This document shows, piece after piece, positions 40,509-49,507 of a DNA stretch of 64,000 nucleotides. The stretch is from Thermoplasmatales archaeon SW_10_69_26. Its GTDB lineage: Archaea; Thermoplasmatota; SW-10-69-26. Location of the stretch: positions 850 through 64,849 of the forward strand of contig PXUB01000037.1 of assembly GCA_003009755.1 (NCBI GenBank), in the 5' to 3' direction. The notes beneath the pieces are model-generated. The model ran no database searches. It was not told the DNA's origin and was given only the letters and a program-made list of their open reading frames with translations. The first letter of the stretch is position 1, and every line of letters starts with the position of its first letter. The translations under genes were made by a program, and so were the position numbers.

Positions 40509-41480
40509 TCAGGCCTCGCCTCGCGAGTACGCGGTGGGCGGCTCGACGTCGCCGATCGCGGCCTCGACGACGTCGGCGTCCTCGGTGCCCTCGATCACGT
40601 GTTCCATGTCGAGCACGATGCGGTGCGCCAGCGCGTCGACGGCCAGGTCCTTGACGTCGTCGGGCGTCACGTAATCGCGGCCGCGGGTCATCGCGAGCGC
40701 TCGACTCAACCGCAACAGGGCGAGGTCCCCGCGCGGGCTGGGGCCGACGTCGACCGCCTCGTGGGCGCGGGCGGTGCGCACGATGCGGGCGATATACTCG
40801 ATGATCGCTTCGTGGACGAAGATCTTGTCCTCGACGACGCGTTGCAGGCGTTGGAAGGTCTGCATCGAGATGACGGGCTCGACGTCGCCGCTGGGGTCGT
40901 TCTTGCTCCAGTCGATGCGGCGGCGCATGATCTCGGACTCGTCGTCGAGCGAGTCGGGGTAGCCCATCTGCAGGCGCACCAGAAAGCGGTCCATCTGGGC
41001 CTCCGGCAGGGGGTAGGTGCCCTCCTGTTCGATGGGGTTTTGCGTGGCGAGCACGAAGAAGGGCGAGGGGATCTCCATCGTGTCGCCCTCGATCGTGACC
41101 TGGCGCTCCTCCATCGACTCCAGCAGCGCGGATTGGGTCTTGGGCGGGGCGCGGTTGATCTCGTCGGCGAGGACGACGTTGGCGAAGATCGGGCCTTTCT
41201 CGAGCTGGAACTCGCCCGTCTTGGGGTTGTAGATGTTCGTGCCGACGATGTCGGCGGGTAGCAGGTCGGGCGTGAACTGGATGCGGTCGAACTCGCAGCC
41301 GACGGCTTGGGCGAACACCTTGACGAGCAGCGTCTTGCCGAGCCCGGGGTAGTCCTCGAACAGGACGTGCCCGTTCGCGAGCGCGGCGGCCAGCAGCTTC
41401 TCGACGGTGTCGGGGTGGCCGACGAACACGTCGTTCACGGTCTCGCGGATCTGGGTGCACTTGCGGGCGACGCGTTTCAC
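40509..41480 (-). CDS. MoxR-family AAA+ ATPase
   Basis: 323 aa from GTG at 41480. Walker A GHVLFEDYPGLGKT. Walker B VVLADEINRA. MoxR signature FFVLATQNPIEQEGTYPLPEAQMDRF. Confidence 0.9.
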   Translation of the reverse strand: MKRVARKCTQIRETVNDVFVGHPDTVEKLLAAALANGHVLFEDYPGLGKTLLVKVFAQAVGCEFDRIQFTPDLLPADIVGTNIYNPKTGEFQLEKGPIFANVVLADEINRAPPKTQSALLESMEERQVTIEGDTMEIPSPFFVLATQNPIEQEGTYPLPEAQMDRFLVRLQMGYPDSLDDESEIMRRRIDWSKNDPSGDVEPVISMQTFQRLQRVVEDKIFVHEAIIEYIARIVRTARAHEAVDVGPSPRGDLALLRLSRALAMTRGRDYVTPDDVKDLAVDALAHRIVLDMEHVIEGTEDADVVEAAIGDVEPPTAYSRGEA

Positions 41481-42571
41481 AGGGGGGCCTCCTGGGGGTC
41501 CTCGAGGTGGGCGAGCACGCGGTCGACGGCTTCCCGGCGGGCTTGGCGGTCGCCCTCGGCGCGGCGGCGGCCGACGACGAGCGTCAGCGCGGTGCCGGTG
41601 CCTTCGATGGCGAGGAAGGCCAGCACGGTGGCGATCGCGACGGTTGCGACCTCCAGCGTGACGTCGAGGGCGCCGGGGAGGCTGAGGAATCCGGCGAGCA
41701 GAGGGTCGAGCGTGAACACGACGGCGCCTGCACCGAGCGCGAGCAGAAAAGCCCGGCGGAGCTTGGCGAGCGTGCCCGACAGCTGGTGCTCGACGACGCC
41801 CCACGGCGGGTCGGTGGCCTCGTTGCGGATCGTGGTGTGGAGGGTGGCGACGAGGCCGGCGAGGGCGAGGACGGCCAGCAGGCCGCCGGTGAGGGGTGAG
41901 GCGGTGAAGAACCGCAAGGCGCCGAGCCCGAACAGGCCGACGCCGACGAGGCCGAGCGCGAGCCCGGTCTTGGGGGCGCTGGCCTGGTGGGCCCGCCATT
42001 GCAACATCGTGAGACTGGTCCCGGTGACGAGCAGGATCGGCGGGACGATCGCGATGCCGAGACCCTGGGCCAGCGAGGCGACGGCGAGGCCGAGGCCGAG
42101 CGTGACGACGATCCCGGCGAGCAACCGGACGCCGAGCAGGGCGCGGGTGGGGGCGCGGGCACCGGCGGCGGCTCGCAGCTGCTCGGCCAGGCGCTGGCTG
42201 GCGGCGTCCCCGAGGCCGCGGGCCTGGGCGGCCTGGTGGACGTGATCCAACAACAGGGGGGCCAGGCGGCCCTCCTCGACGTAGGCTTGCATCGCGGATC
42301 GCAGATCCTCGTAGTCCTCGTCGACCTGCGGTCGAGCGCGTTGCTGGTGGGGGGCCAGCGCGCCCCGGATGGGGCGTCCGGTGCCCGCGATGGACCGGCC
42401 CAGGTCCACGAGCAGCGCGAACAGAAGGATGCCGAGCCCGAACCGAGCGGCGGCGAGGGGAGCGGGATCGAGCACGGTGCGGGCGCCCAGGTAGACGACG
42501 ACGGCGACGAGCGCGATCGCGGCGCGGGGCACGATCGCCAGCGGTGCGTCGGCCGTGGAGGCCTCAGCCAC
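41477..42571 (-). CDS. polytopic membrane protein of unknown function (operon member)
   Basis: About 364 aa from GTG at 42571 (VAEASTADAPLAIVPRAAIALVAVVVYLG...), about 8 TM helices. Stop overlaps the MoxR GTG (GTGA). The upstream Arg/Pro-rich part of the 475-aa ORF is a frame artefact. Confidence 0.5.
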   Translation of the reverse strand: MAEASTADAPLAIVPRAAIALVAVVVYLGARTVLDPAPLAAARFGLGILLFALLVDLGRSIAGTGRPIRGALAPHQQRARPQVDEDYEDLRSAMQAYVEEGRLAPLLLDHVHQAAQARGLGDAASQRLAEQLRAAAGARAPTRALLGVRLLAGIVVTLGLGLAVASLAQGLGIAIVPPILLVTGTSLTMLQWRAHQASAPKTGLALGLVGVGLFGLGALRFFTASPLTGGLLAVLALAGLVATLHTTIRNEATDPPWGVVEHQLSGTLAKLRRAFLLALGAGAVVFTLDPLLAGFLSLPGALDVTLEVATVAIATVLAFLAIEGTGTALTLVVGRRRAEGDRQARREAVDRVLAHLEDPQEAPL

Positions 42572-45500
42572 GGGGGTCGGCCTCCCGGACCAGCTGCATG
42601 AAGCCCTCGTAGTCGTCGCGGTCGACCGGTTGGGGCGAGTAATCGTAGCGTTCGAACCGGCGCGCCAGCTCGTCGGCCGGTGGACCCAGAGCCCGGGCGA
42701 GCTCGCGCGGGGTGGCATCCGGGCCCACGAGGCCGTGCCGGGTCGCGGTGCGGCGAAGCTGGCGGTAGGCGCGGTCGATCTCCTCGCGGTAGTCGCCGAC
42801 GCGCACGTCGAGCACGGTCTCGCGGGCGGGATCGTCGGCGAGGCGAGCGCGGTAGGTGTAGGTACCGCCAGGGCGGGCCGGCACGGTGGCGCGCGCCGTC
42901 CCATCGCTGCCCAGCTCGAGCCGGCGGGTGCCCTCGGGGCCGTCGAGCTCGAGGGTCCCCGTGATGGTCTCGTCGTGCCGGGCTCGGGCGAGGATCTCGG
43001 TCGGCTCCCCGGGGTGCCAGACCGGCGGGTCGCCGGGGGTCTGGTGGGCCAACCGCAGCGAGATCGGGGAGGCCTCGTCGGGGTCGTCGGTGGGGGTTCT
43101 CGCTTGACGGCGACGGACGGCGACGAGCGCGGCGAGCCCGAGCGCGGCGGCGGCCGCCGACAGCCAGCCCCACGGCAGCGGAGCCGCGGTGACCTCGGCG
43201 CTGGCGGTGGTCAGGCTCTGGGCGGTCGTGGGGGTCGAACGGGCAAGCACCTCGATGTCGACGATGCCCTCGGCGTCGTCGGGTCGCGAGAGGGAGAGGT
43301 TGGCCGTGCCGTCCTCGCCGGTGATCGCGCGGTCGCTGGCCTCGAAGGCGCCCTCGGCCTGGGCGATGACTGGCACGCCGGCCAGCGGTCCCTGGCGGCC
43401 TTCGGCGGTCACCGCCAGCTGAACCGGGCGGCCGTCTCGTCCCTCGTCGGCGACGTCGACGGCCAACGTCGGCGTCTCGAGGATCCGGAGCGGGGCTCGG
43501 GTGGTGAACCGGGCGTCGGGGAGGGTGAGGTTGGCGGGTTGGAGGCCGGGCTGGGCGTCGTCGGGGGCACGCAGGTTCACCTGGGCGCGGCCGTCGGCGT
43601 CGGTGCGGTCCTGGGAGACGAAGCTGGGCCCGGCCAGGCGGACGGGCTGGTCGGTGAGCGGCGTGTCGTCGACGGTCAAGCGCAGGGAGCCGTTGGCCGA
43701 ACCCCCGGGGGCGATGTGGAGGTCGGCCTCGACCTCGAGCGGGGCCGCCGACAGGGTGAGGTTGCGGCCGGTGGGGCGGAAGCTGTTCGGCGGATGGACC
43801 TCCAGGCGGACGGGGTGGTCGCCGGTGTTCGGCATCGGGGCTCGCAGGCGAGCCTGGCCGGCCTGGTCGGTGAGGGTCTCGTCGGTGAGCCCGGTCTCGG
43901 TGTGGGCGTGGACCTCGATCGCGGGCATCGTCGTGCCGTTGTCGGCTTCGAGCCGGACGTCGATCGGGGCTTGGGCGCCGACCGGTTGGGGGCCCGGCGA
44001 TCCCGTCCGCAGCTGGAGGCCGGCGGTGGCGGTGAGGACGAGGCGACGGTTGGCGTCCACGGCGGGGGCCTCGAGCTCGACGGTGTGGTTGCCGGGCGCG
44101 AGGTCGGCGGGGACGGGCAACCCGAGCGTGAACGCGCCGCGGGGGTCGGTGTCGGTCGTGGCCGTGACGTCGCCGTAGCTGGCTTCCAGGCGGACGCGAC
44201 CGGGTTCGCCGTCCTCGGTGAGGACGCGGCCCTCGATCTCGGTGGGCTCGCCGCGGGGGGCCCGGTGCTCGGCGGGGGCTTGGATGCGGGCTTCGACGGC
44301 CTGGATCGTGCCCTCGGTGGCGTCGGCGGTGACGTTCTCGGTCCCCGGGAAGGTCGCCGTGATCGTGTAGTTCCCGGGGAAGGGTAGCCCGCCGGGCAGC
44401 ACGGCGTGGGCGCGGCCGTCGGCGCCGGTGCGGGCCGTGAGGCGGTCGTCGGTGTCCTCGACCGCGAACACGATCGTCCGGTTGGGGATCGGCGCCTCGT
44501 AGGCGTCCACGAGCCGGGCTTCGAGCGGTAGGGGCACGTCGACGCCGGCGCGGTCGGGCAGGTCCAGGCGGACATCGGCCTCGCCTTCGACGGCGACCAC
44601 GGGGTCGCTCCAGGCGCCGGCCAGGGGTGGATCGTGCATCCCTCGGGGGTGGGCGTGAGCCAGGACGTGGTAGGGGCGGGTCGGGGCGTCTGCAGGGAGC
44701 TTGGCGCTGGCGGTGAACGTGCCGGCGGCGTTCGTGCTCGCGGACCCGGTCTGGATCTCGATGCCGGGCGCGTTCTTCGTGGCGTTGGCGTACACCGTGA
44801 CCGGATGGTCCCGCAGCGGCTCGCCGGCGGGGCCGAGCACGCGTCCAACCACCTCGAAGGCCTCGCCCTTGCGGATCCGGTCGGGGGCATCGGTCACCGT
44901 GATCGTCGGCCGCTCTCGCCGGATATCCTCGGGCGGGGCCTCGGAGCCGCTGCGGGCGCGGTCCAGCAGGTCCGCGAGGCCTTCGGTGTCGGCCGGCCCG
45001 CCGGCCGAGCGGTGGACGACGGTGCCGGCGGGCAGCTCGACGGTCTCGGTGGCGAACACCGAGGACCAGGCGCTGGGGGGTCCCGAGGGGTGGGCGCGGG
45101 CGCCGGGCTCGAGGTCCAGCCGCGTGCCGGCCGGGAACCTCACGGGCGGCAGCTGGAGCTCGGCGTCGGCGGGCAGGGGGACCTTGGCGCCGGGTTCGAG
45201 CACGGTGGCCGCCCCGATCTCCTCCCCGCCCGGGGAGGTCACGGAAGCGTTGGGCGGGAGCGCGAGCTCTTGGTCGCCGGTCTGCAGCTGGCAGGGCGTG
45301 GTGCAGGTGAGCGCGTCGCCCTTATGCTCCCAACCGTCGGCCAGGACGAGCGTGCCGGTGAGGCTCGCAGGGGCGGGACGGATCGTCTCGCCGGGATCGA
45401 TCGTCACCCGTCCCGGTCCCGTGAGGCGAACCCCATCGTCGGTGCGTTCGCGGTCGGGAAGCTGGGCCCGCGTGGGGTCGAGCAGCGTCAGCTCGGGGAT

Positions 45501-45668
45501 CGGCAGCCCCGATCGCGGCTCTTGGACCTCCCGGGCGGGTGCATCGCGGGCCTGTTGGGACCGTTCGGTGACCTCCTGCCGGACCTCGGCGATGAGGGCG
45601 GTGGAGAGCCCCAGCAGGCCGACGAGCAGGAGGAGGCCGGCCGCGAGCTGGAGGGACCGCTGTGCCAC
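42564..45668 (-). CDS. giant membrane-anchored protein with repeated Ig-like/carboxypeptidase-regulatory-like domains and a C-terminal DUF4129 domain
   Basis: 1034 aa. N-terminal anchor MAQRSLQLAAGLLLLVGLLGL. Internal TM segment WGWLSAAAAALGLAALVAV. C-terminal ...TPRELARALGPPADELARRFERYDYSPQPVDRDDYEGFMQLVREA matches the DUF4129 consensus. Confidence 0.65.
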   Translation of the reverse strand: MAQRSLQLAAGLLLLVGLLGLSTALIAEVRQEVTERSQQARDAPAREVQEPRSGLPIPELTLLDPTRAQLPDRERTDDGVRLTGPGRVTIDPGETIRPAPASLTGTLVLADGWEHKGDALTCTTPCQLQTGDQELALPPNASVTSPGGEEIGAATVLEPGAKVPLPADAELQLPPVRFPAGTRLDLEPGARAHPSGPPSAWSSVFATETVELPAGTVVHRSAGGPADTEGLADLLDRARSGSEAPPEDIRRERPTITVTDAPDRIRKGEAFEVVGRVLGPAGEPLRDHPVTVYANATKNAPGIEIQTGSASTNAAGTFTASAKLPADAPTRPYHVLAHAHPRGMHDPPLAGAWSDPVVAVEGEADVRLDLPDRAGVDVPLPLEARLVDAYEAPIPNRTIVFAVEDTDDRLTARTGADGRAHAVLPGGLPFPGNYTITATFPGTENVTADATEGTIQAVEARIQAPAEHRAPRGEPTEIEGRVLTEDGEPGRVRLEASYGDVTATTDTDPRGAFTLGLPVPADLAPGNHTVELEAPAVDANRRLVLTATAGLQLRTGSPGPQPVGAQAPIDVRLEADNGTTMPAIEVHAHTETGLTDETLTDQAGQARLRAPMPNTGDHPVRLEVHPPNSFRPTGRNLTLSAAPLEVEADLHIAPGGSANGSLRLTVDDTPLTDQPVRLAGPSFVSQDRTDADGRAQVNLRAPDDAQPGLQPANLTLPDARFTTRAPLRILETPTLAVDVADEGRDGRPVQLAVTAEGRQGPLAGVPVIAQAEGAFEASDRAITGEDGTANLSLSRPDDAEGIVDIEVLARSTPTTAQSLTTASAEVTAAPLPWGWLSAAAAALGLAALVAVRRRQARTPTDDPDEASPISLRLAHQTPGDPPVWHPGEPTEILARARHDETITGTLELDGPEGTRRLELGSDGTARATVPARPGGTYTYRARLADDPARETVLDVRVGDYREEIDRAYRQLRRTATRHGLVGPDATPRELARALGPPADELARRFERYDYSPQPVDRDDYEGFMQLVREADPRG

Positions 45669-45688
45669 GATGGACCGTCATCGAGGGG

Positions 45689-46072
45689 ATGCTTAAAGGT
45701 TCACCTGCGCGCGCCGCAGGGGAGCCGTCCGGGCGGAAGGCTTTTCAACAGGCTCGGCGCCATGAGGTAGCTGTGTTCCGTTTCCGCCTGTATCGGTTCG
45801 AGAACGATCTGCTCCTCGCGGCCAGCGACGAGGAGCTGATCGGTCGCAGCTTGTCCCAGGGGGAGGTCGAGATCCACATCTCCGAGCAGTTCTACGGCAC
45901 CAAGGAGGCCGACCAGGGCGAGCTGCGGGATCTGCTCGACCGGTGCACGGTGGCGAACCTGATGGGGGAGCGCTGCGTGAAGCTGGCGGCCGAGCTCGGG
46001 TTCGTCGACCGGGGCAACGTGGTCGAGGTGGAGGACGTCCCGCACGCGCAGGTCGCCCAGATGCGGCGGTAG
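45689..46072 (+). CDS. small conserved archaeal protein (DUF424-like)
   Basis: 127 aa from ATG at 45689 (MLKGSPARAA...). ...FRFRLYRFENDLLLAASDEELIGRSL..EVEIHISEQFYG... resembles DUF424. Start is uncertain (alternative GTG at 45662). Confidence 0.4.
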   Translation: MLKGSPARAAGEPSGRKAFQQARRHEVAVFRFRLYRFENDLLLAASDEELIGRSLSQGEVEIHISEQFYGTKEADQGELRDLLDRCTVANLMGERCVKLAAELGFVDRGNVVEVEDVPHAQVAQMRR

Positions 46073-46079
46073 GTTGCCC

Positions 46080-47144
46080 ATGTCTGAGGACGAGACCGAG
46101 GAAGCGTTCTGCGTGGCTTGCGGCGCCCCCGACCCGCTCAGCGGCGGCCGCTGCGGGCGCTGCGTCCGGCAGCAGGTCGAGGCCGTCAAGGGCACCGACC
46201 AGCCCGTCGAGATCGAGCAGTGCGCCCACTGTGGCTCCTTCGAGGCCGGCCACGACATCGAGGACGCCGAGAGCGTCGTCGAGGCCGTCGAGCGGGCCGC
46301 CGTGGGGTCCGTGTTGATCCCGCGCGAGCTCGAGGACCTGGAGATCGGCGTCCGCACGCATCGCCGCGACCCGAGCGCGTTCGACGTGACCGTGGAGGCT
46401 CGCGGCCACTTCGACGGCGAGGTCCCGCTCGAGGGAGCCGCCGAGGTCCCCGTCCAAGTCGAGACGATCTCCTGTGATGCCTGCTCGCGCCGCCACGGGG
46501 GCTACTACGAGGCGATCGTGCAGGTCCGCTACGAGGGTGACGAGGAGGTCTCCGAGGAGCAGGCTGGCGACATCGCCGTGATGATCGAGGAGGAGGTCCG
46601 AGCCGCCGGGAGGCTCTCCGGGGGGTCCTCCTACCTCTTGAAGGCCACGCCCAAACACGGCGGATACGACTACTACTTCGGGGCCAAGCCCGTCGCCAAG
46701 TCCGTCGCGGGCCGCATCGCGGACATGTACGGCGGCGAGAAGACGCACTCGACGACGCTGGCGGGCCGCAAGGACGGCGAGGAGTTCCACCGGTTGACGA
46801 TCTCGGTCCGCATCCCGCGTGTCCGACCCGGCAGCGTGGTGGCCTTCGAGGACGAGATCCTCCGGATCCACGGCCGCCACGGCAACCGGCTCGTCGGCAA
46901 GACCGTCCCCGAGGGCGATGGCCGCACGATCGAGCAACGGAAGACCGACAAGGCCCAGGTCCTCGAGCCCCGGTTGGCCGAGGTCGTCTACGCCGAGGCC
47001 GGCGAGGGCCAGATCCTCGATCCCGACACCTTCGACAGCGTGCAGGTCAAGCTCCCGATCGGCGTCGAGGCGGGAGACGAGGTCGAGGTCGCCAAGTACC
47101 GCGGCCGGATCGTCGTGCTCGGCGAGCCCGGCTTCGAGGCGTAG
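46080..47144 (+). CDS. nmd3: NMD3-family ribosomal large-subunit export/biogenesis factor
   Basis: 354 aa. N-terminal treble-clef Cys clusters CVACG...CGRC...CAHCGS and later CDACSRRHGGYYEAIVQVR are typical of archaeal NMD3. Confidence 0.8.
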   Translation: MSEDETEEAFCVACGAPDPLSGGRCGRCVRQQVEAVKGTDQPVEIEQCAHCGSFEAGHDIEDAESVVEAVERAAVGSVLIPRELEDLEIGVRTHRRDPSAFDVTVEARGHFDGEVPLEGAAEVPVQVETISCDACSRRHGGYYEAIVQVRYEGDEEVSEEQAGDIAVMIEEEVRAAGRLSGGSSYLLKATPKHGGYDYYFGAKPVAKSVAGRIADMYGGEKTHSTTLAGRKDGEEFHRLTISVRIPRVRPGSVVAFEDEILRIHGRHGNRLVGKTVPEGDGRTIEQRKTDKAQVLEPRLAEVVYAEAGEGQILDPDTFDSVQVKLPIGVEAGDEVEVAKYRGRIVVLGEPGFEA

Positions 47145-47372
47145 AACTTCGTCTTTCCAGGGGCCCTTACCCCTGCCGGCCCCCGGAAAAGAAGACGTTC
47201 GCAACCAAGGAAACGGAGACCGGCAGCTCCGCAGGGCCCGGTCGCCGACCATGGCAGCTGTTGGATCTTCGTGCAGCGCTAGGGCCGCCGGACCCGCCCC
47301 GGGGCCCTCGCGGTCGACGCCTGACCTCTGCGTCTCAGCGTCTGCCTGCCTCTGTGAGCTACCTTACCGTCC

Positions 47373-48134
47373 TCACAGCCCGGGCTCGCCCTCGGGCGCT
47401 AGGTCGTCGAACAGCTCTTTCAGCGCCTCGACGGCGGCATCGTGGAGACCTTCGCCGAGCTCGGGCGTGGCGCGCGAGGGATCGCCCATGTAGCCCTTGG
47501 GCATACCCTCGTCGGGCTCGCTGGCCAGCTCGAAGCCCTCCTCTTGGGGGAAGTGCTCGCCCGGCGGGCTGTCGTCGACGAGCTCGGGCCGCAGGTGCCG
47601 GATGCGGGCCGTCTCCATCGTGCCGGCGTGGCCGTCGGCCTCGGGCACGGTCTCGCCGTTCAGCGTCTCGCCGCCCAGCGGGAACAACACGTCCCACTCC
47701 GAGAGCAGTGCGATCCGCATCTGCGGGTGGTCACCGAGCACGTCGCGGCCCGCCTGTTTGAGCGCGCGCATGTGACCGCCGCCGGCGTGGCCGCTGACGA
47801 TCGCGACCGAGGCGACGTCGTGGCGGGCCAGCTCACGCAGGATCTCCTCGGCGAGCGTCCTGACCGTGTCGAAGGGCAGCGAGATGCTGCCCGGGAAGGG
47901 TTGCGTGGAGTGGCAGTTGCCGTAGTTCATCGTGGGCAAGACGACGGCGTCGGTGGCCTCGGCGGCCTCGTTCACGACGGCCTCGACCTGGAAGGTGTCC
48001 GTGCCCAGCGGCAGGTGGGGTCCATGCTCCTCGAGGATGCCCACGGGCAGGACGAAGGTGCTCTCGGCAGCCAGGCGGGCGTACTCGTCCTTGGTGAGCT
48101 CGGTGGCGAGGATCGGGTCGGCCTCGGTCGGCAT
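47373..48134 (-). CDS. creatininase-family amidohydrolase
   Basis: 253 aa from ATG at 48134 (MPTEADPILATELTKDEY...). Motifs LPVGILEEHGPHLPLGTD and ...SGHAGGGH... match the creatinine amidohydrolase fold. Confidence 0.75.
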   Translation of the reverse strand: MPTEADPILATELTKDEYARLAAESTFVLPVGILEEHGPHLPLGTDTFQVEAVVNEAAEATDAVVLPTMNYGNCHSTQPFPGSISLPFDTVRTLAEEILRELARHDVASVAIVSGHAGGGHMRALKQAGRDVLGDHPQMRIALLSEWDVLFPLGGETLNGETVPEADGHAGTMETARIRHLRPELVDDSPPGEHFPQEEGFELASEPDEGMPKGYMGDPSRATPELGEGLHDAAVEALKELFDDLAPEGEPGL

Positions 48135-48258
48135 GGCCCGGCCAGCCCGCGTCCGGTTCATGACTCTGGCGGACCGCGATCGTGCCCGCTCGAGCGGCGT
48201 CAGGAGAGCCGGTCGCAACGCCCAGGCCTCTTATAGGACGAATCCCTACTTGGGGCCG

Positions 48259-48558
48259 ATGGCGAAGAAGCACCGGCACAACCAGGGTGGCGGGAACCAG
48301 CCCCGGCAGAAGATGTTCGACGAGAGCCGGGAGGAGCTGTTCCTCTACGACGCCCGGCAGGTGCTCGAGGACGCGCCCGTGGACGAGGACCACTACAAGA
48401 CGTTCCTGCAGCAGATCGTGACCCGCGGCAGCCGCGACGGCGTGGACGATGCCAAGGAGTACGTCAAGGAGAAGGAGCGCGAGGAGGAAGCCTTCCTCGA
48501 CCGCGAGGCCCGCAACGGGCTGCTCGACCTGCTCGACAAGTACTCGACCTACCGCTGA
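48259..48558 (+). CDS. small hypothetical protein (basic N-terminus, acidic body)
   Basis: 99 aa (MAKKHRHNQGGGNQPRQKMFDESREELFLYDARQVLED...). Overlaps the tatA stop by 10 nt, convergent. Confidence 0.4.
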   Translation: MAKKHRHNQGGGNQPRQKMFDESREELFLYDARQVLEDAPVDEDHYKTFLQQIVTRGSRDGVDDAKEYVKEKEREEEAFLDREARNGLLDLLDKYSTYR

Positions 48559-48797
48559 TCGTCGTCCTCGGTGCCCTCGTCGCTCGAGGGCAGCTCGTCC
48601 GTGTTCAACTGGATGCCCTGCGTGGCGTCCGTCTTCTCCTCCTCGACCGCCTCCTCCAGGTCACGCAAGGCCTGCTGGAACCGGGACTGCATGCGGCCGG
48701 CCGTTCGCAGCAGGCCCGGCGCGTGCTCGGGGCCGAACAACATCAGCAAGGCCAGCCCCACGAGCACGATCTCCCAGGACCCGAGGCCCAGCACCAT
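48549..48797 (-). CDS. tatA: twin-arginine translocase subunit TatA/E
   Basis: 82 aa from ATG at 48797. MVLGLGSWEIVLVGLALLMLFGPEHAPGLLRTAGRMQSRFQQAL is the TatA TM helix plus amphipathic helix. Acidic C-tail. Confidence 0.75.
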   Translation of the reverse strand: MVLGLGSWEIVLVGLALLMLFGPEHAPGLLRTAGRMQSRFQQALRDLEEAVEEEKTDATQGIQLNTDELPSSDEGTEDDDQR

Positions 48798-48873
48798 GCA
48801 TCCCCTCGCAGGTGCCGGCCGGTCTTCACGCTTGGGGTCGGCCCCACCGAGGTCTCCGCCAGCCCCCGACGCT

Positions 48874-48879
48874 TTAATG
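48874..48879 (+). promoter_or_regulatory. TATA box TTTAAT, 26 nt upstream of the start of the 48899 gene
   Basis: gctttaatgcaacc is at the canonical -27 position relative to the ATG at 48902, implying a leaderless mRNA. Confidence 0.5.
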
Positions 48880-48898
48880 CAACCTCGGCTGTGCCCCG

Positions 48899-49507
48899 GT
48901 GATGGCGCGGACCACGTGGCCCTCCTGTCCCTCGTGCGGTGAAGCCAACGTCGAGGTCCTGCACGAGGCCTCACCCGATGCGGACCGGACAGACGCCACC
49001 CTGCGCTGCAAGACCTGCGACCAGGTCTTCAAGGACGTGCTGGAGAAACAGCCCACCCAGGCCCAGGTCTCCGCCGTGATCAGCGAGGGCTCCCAGAGCC
49101 GATCGACCAGCCTCGACGTCCCCGCCGAGGACCCGATCGCCGTCGACGACGAGCTGTACGCCGACGGCCGGCGCCTGCTCGTGACCGCCGTCGAACGCGA
49201 CGACGGTCGCCGCGTCGACGAGGCTCACCCCGACGACCTGGGCACCGTCTGGTGCAAGACGTTCGACCGCGTGGAGCTGCCCGTCGCCGTCAACCAGGGC
49301 CGCAAGACGTGGTCCGACGAGATCCAAGCCCAACCCGAGGCGCGCTTCTTCGTCGGCGACGAGATGAAGCTCGAGGGCGTCGACGTCGAGATCCACTCGA
49401 TCAAAACCGACGACGGGATCATCCACGACGGCGAGGCTCGGGCCCGCGACATCGTGCGGCTGTACGGCTGGACGGAGTACCGCGAGACCGAGGAGGAGAA
49501 CTGGTGA
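48899..49507 (+). CDS. zinc-ribbon-containing hypothetical protein
   Basis: 202 aa. CPSCGE...CKTC forms a C4 zinc-ribbon at the N-terminus. Start GTG 48899 / ATG 48902. Stop overlaps the folD ATG. Confidence 0.5.
   Translation: MMARTTWPSCPSCGEANVEVLHEASPDADRTDATLRCKTCDQVFKDVLEKQPTQAQVSAVISEGSQSRSTSLDVPAEDPIAVDDELYADGRRLLVTAVERDDGRRVDEAHPDDLGTVWCKTFDRVELPVAVNQGRKTWSDEIQAQPEARFFVGDEMKLEGVDVEIHSIKTDDGIIHDGEARARDIVRLYGWTEYRETEEENW

Noticed and set aside
45693-47252. 519-aa minus-strand ORF overlapping nmd3
   Set aside because: It is the antisense frame of the well-supported NMD3 and DUF424 genes, and its translation is Arg/Pro/Gly-rich low-complexity frame noise.
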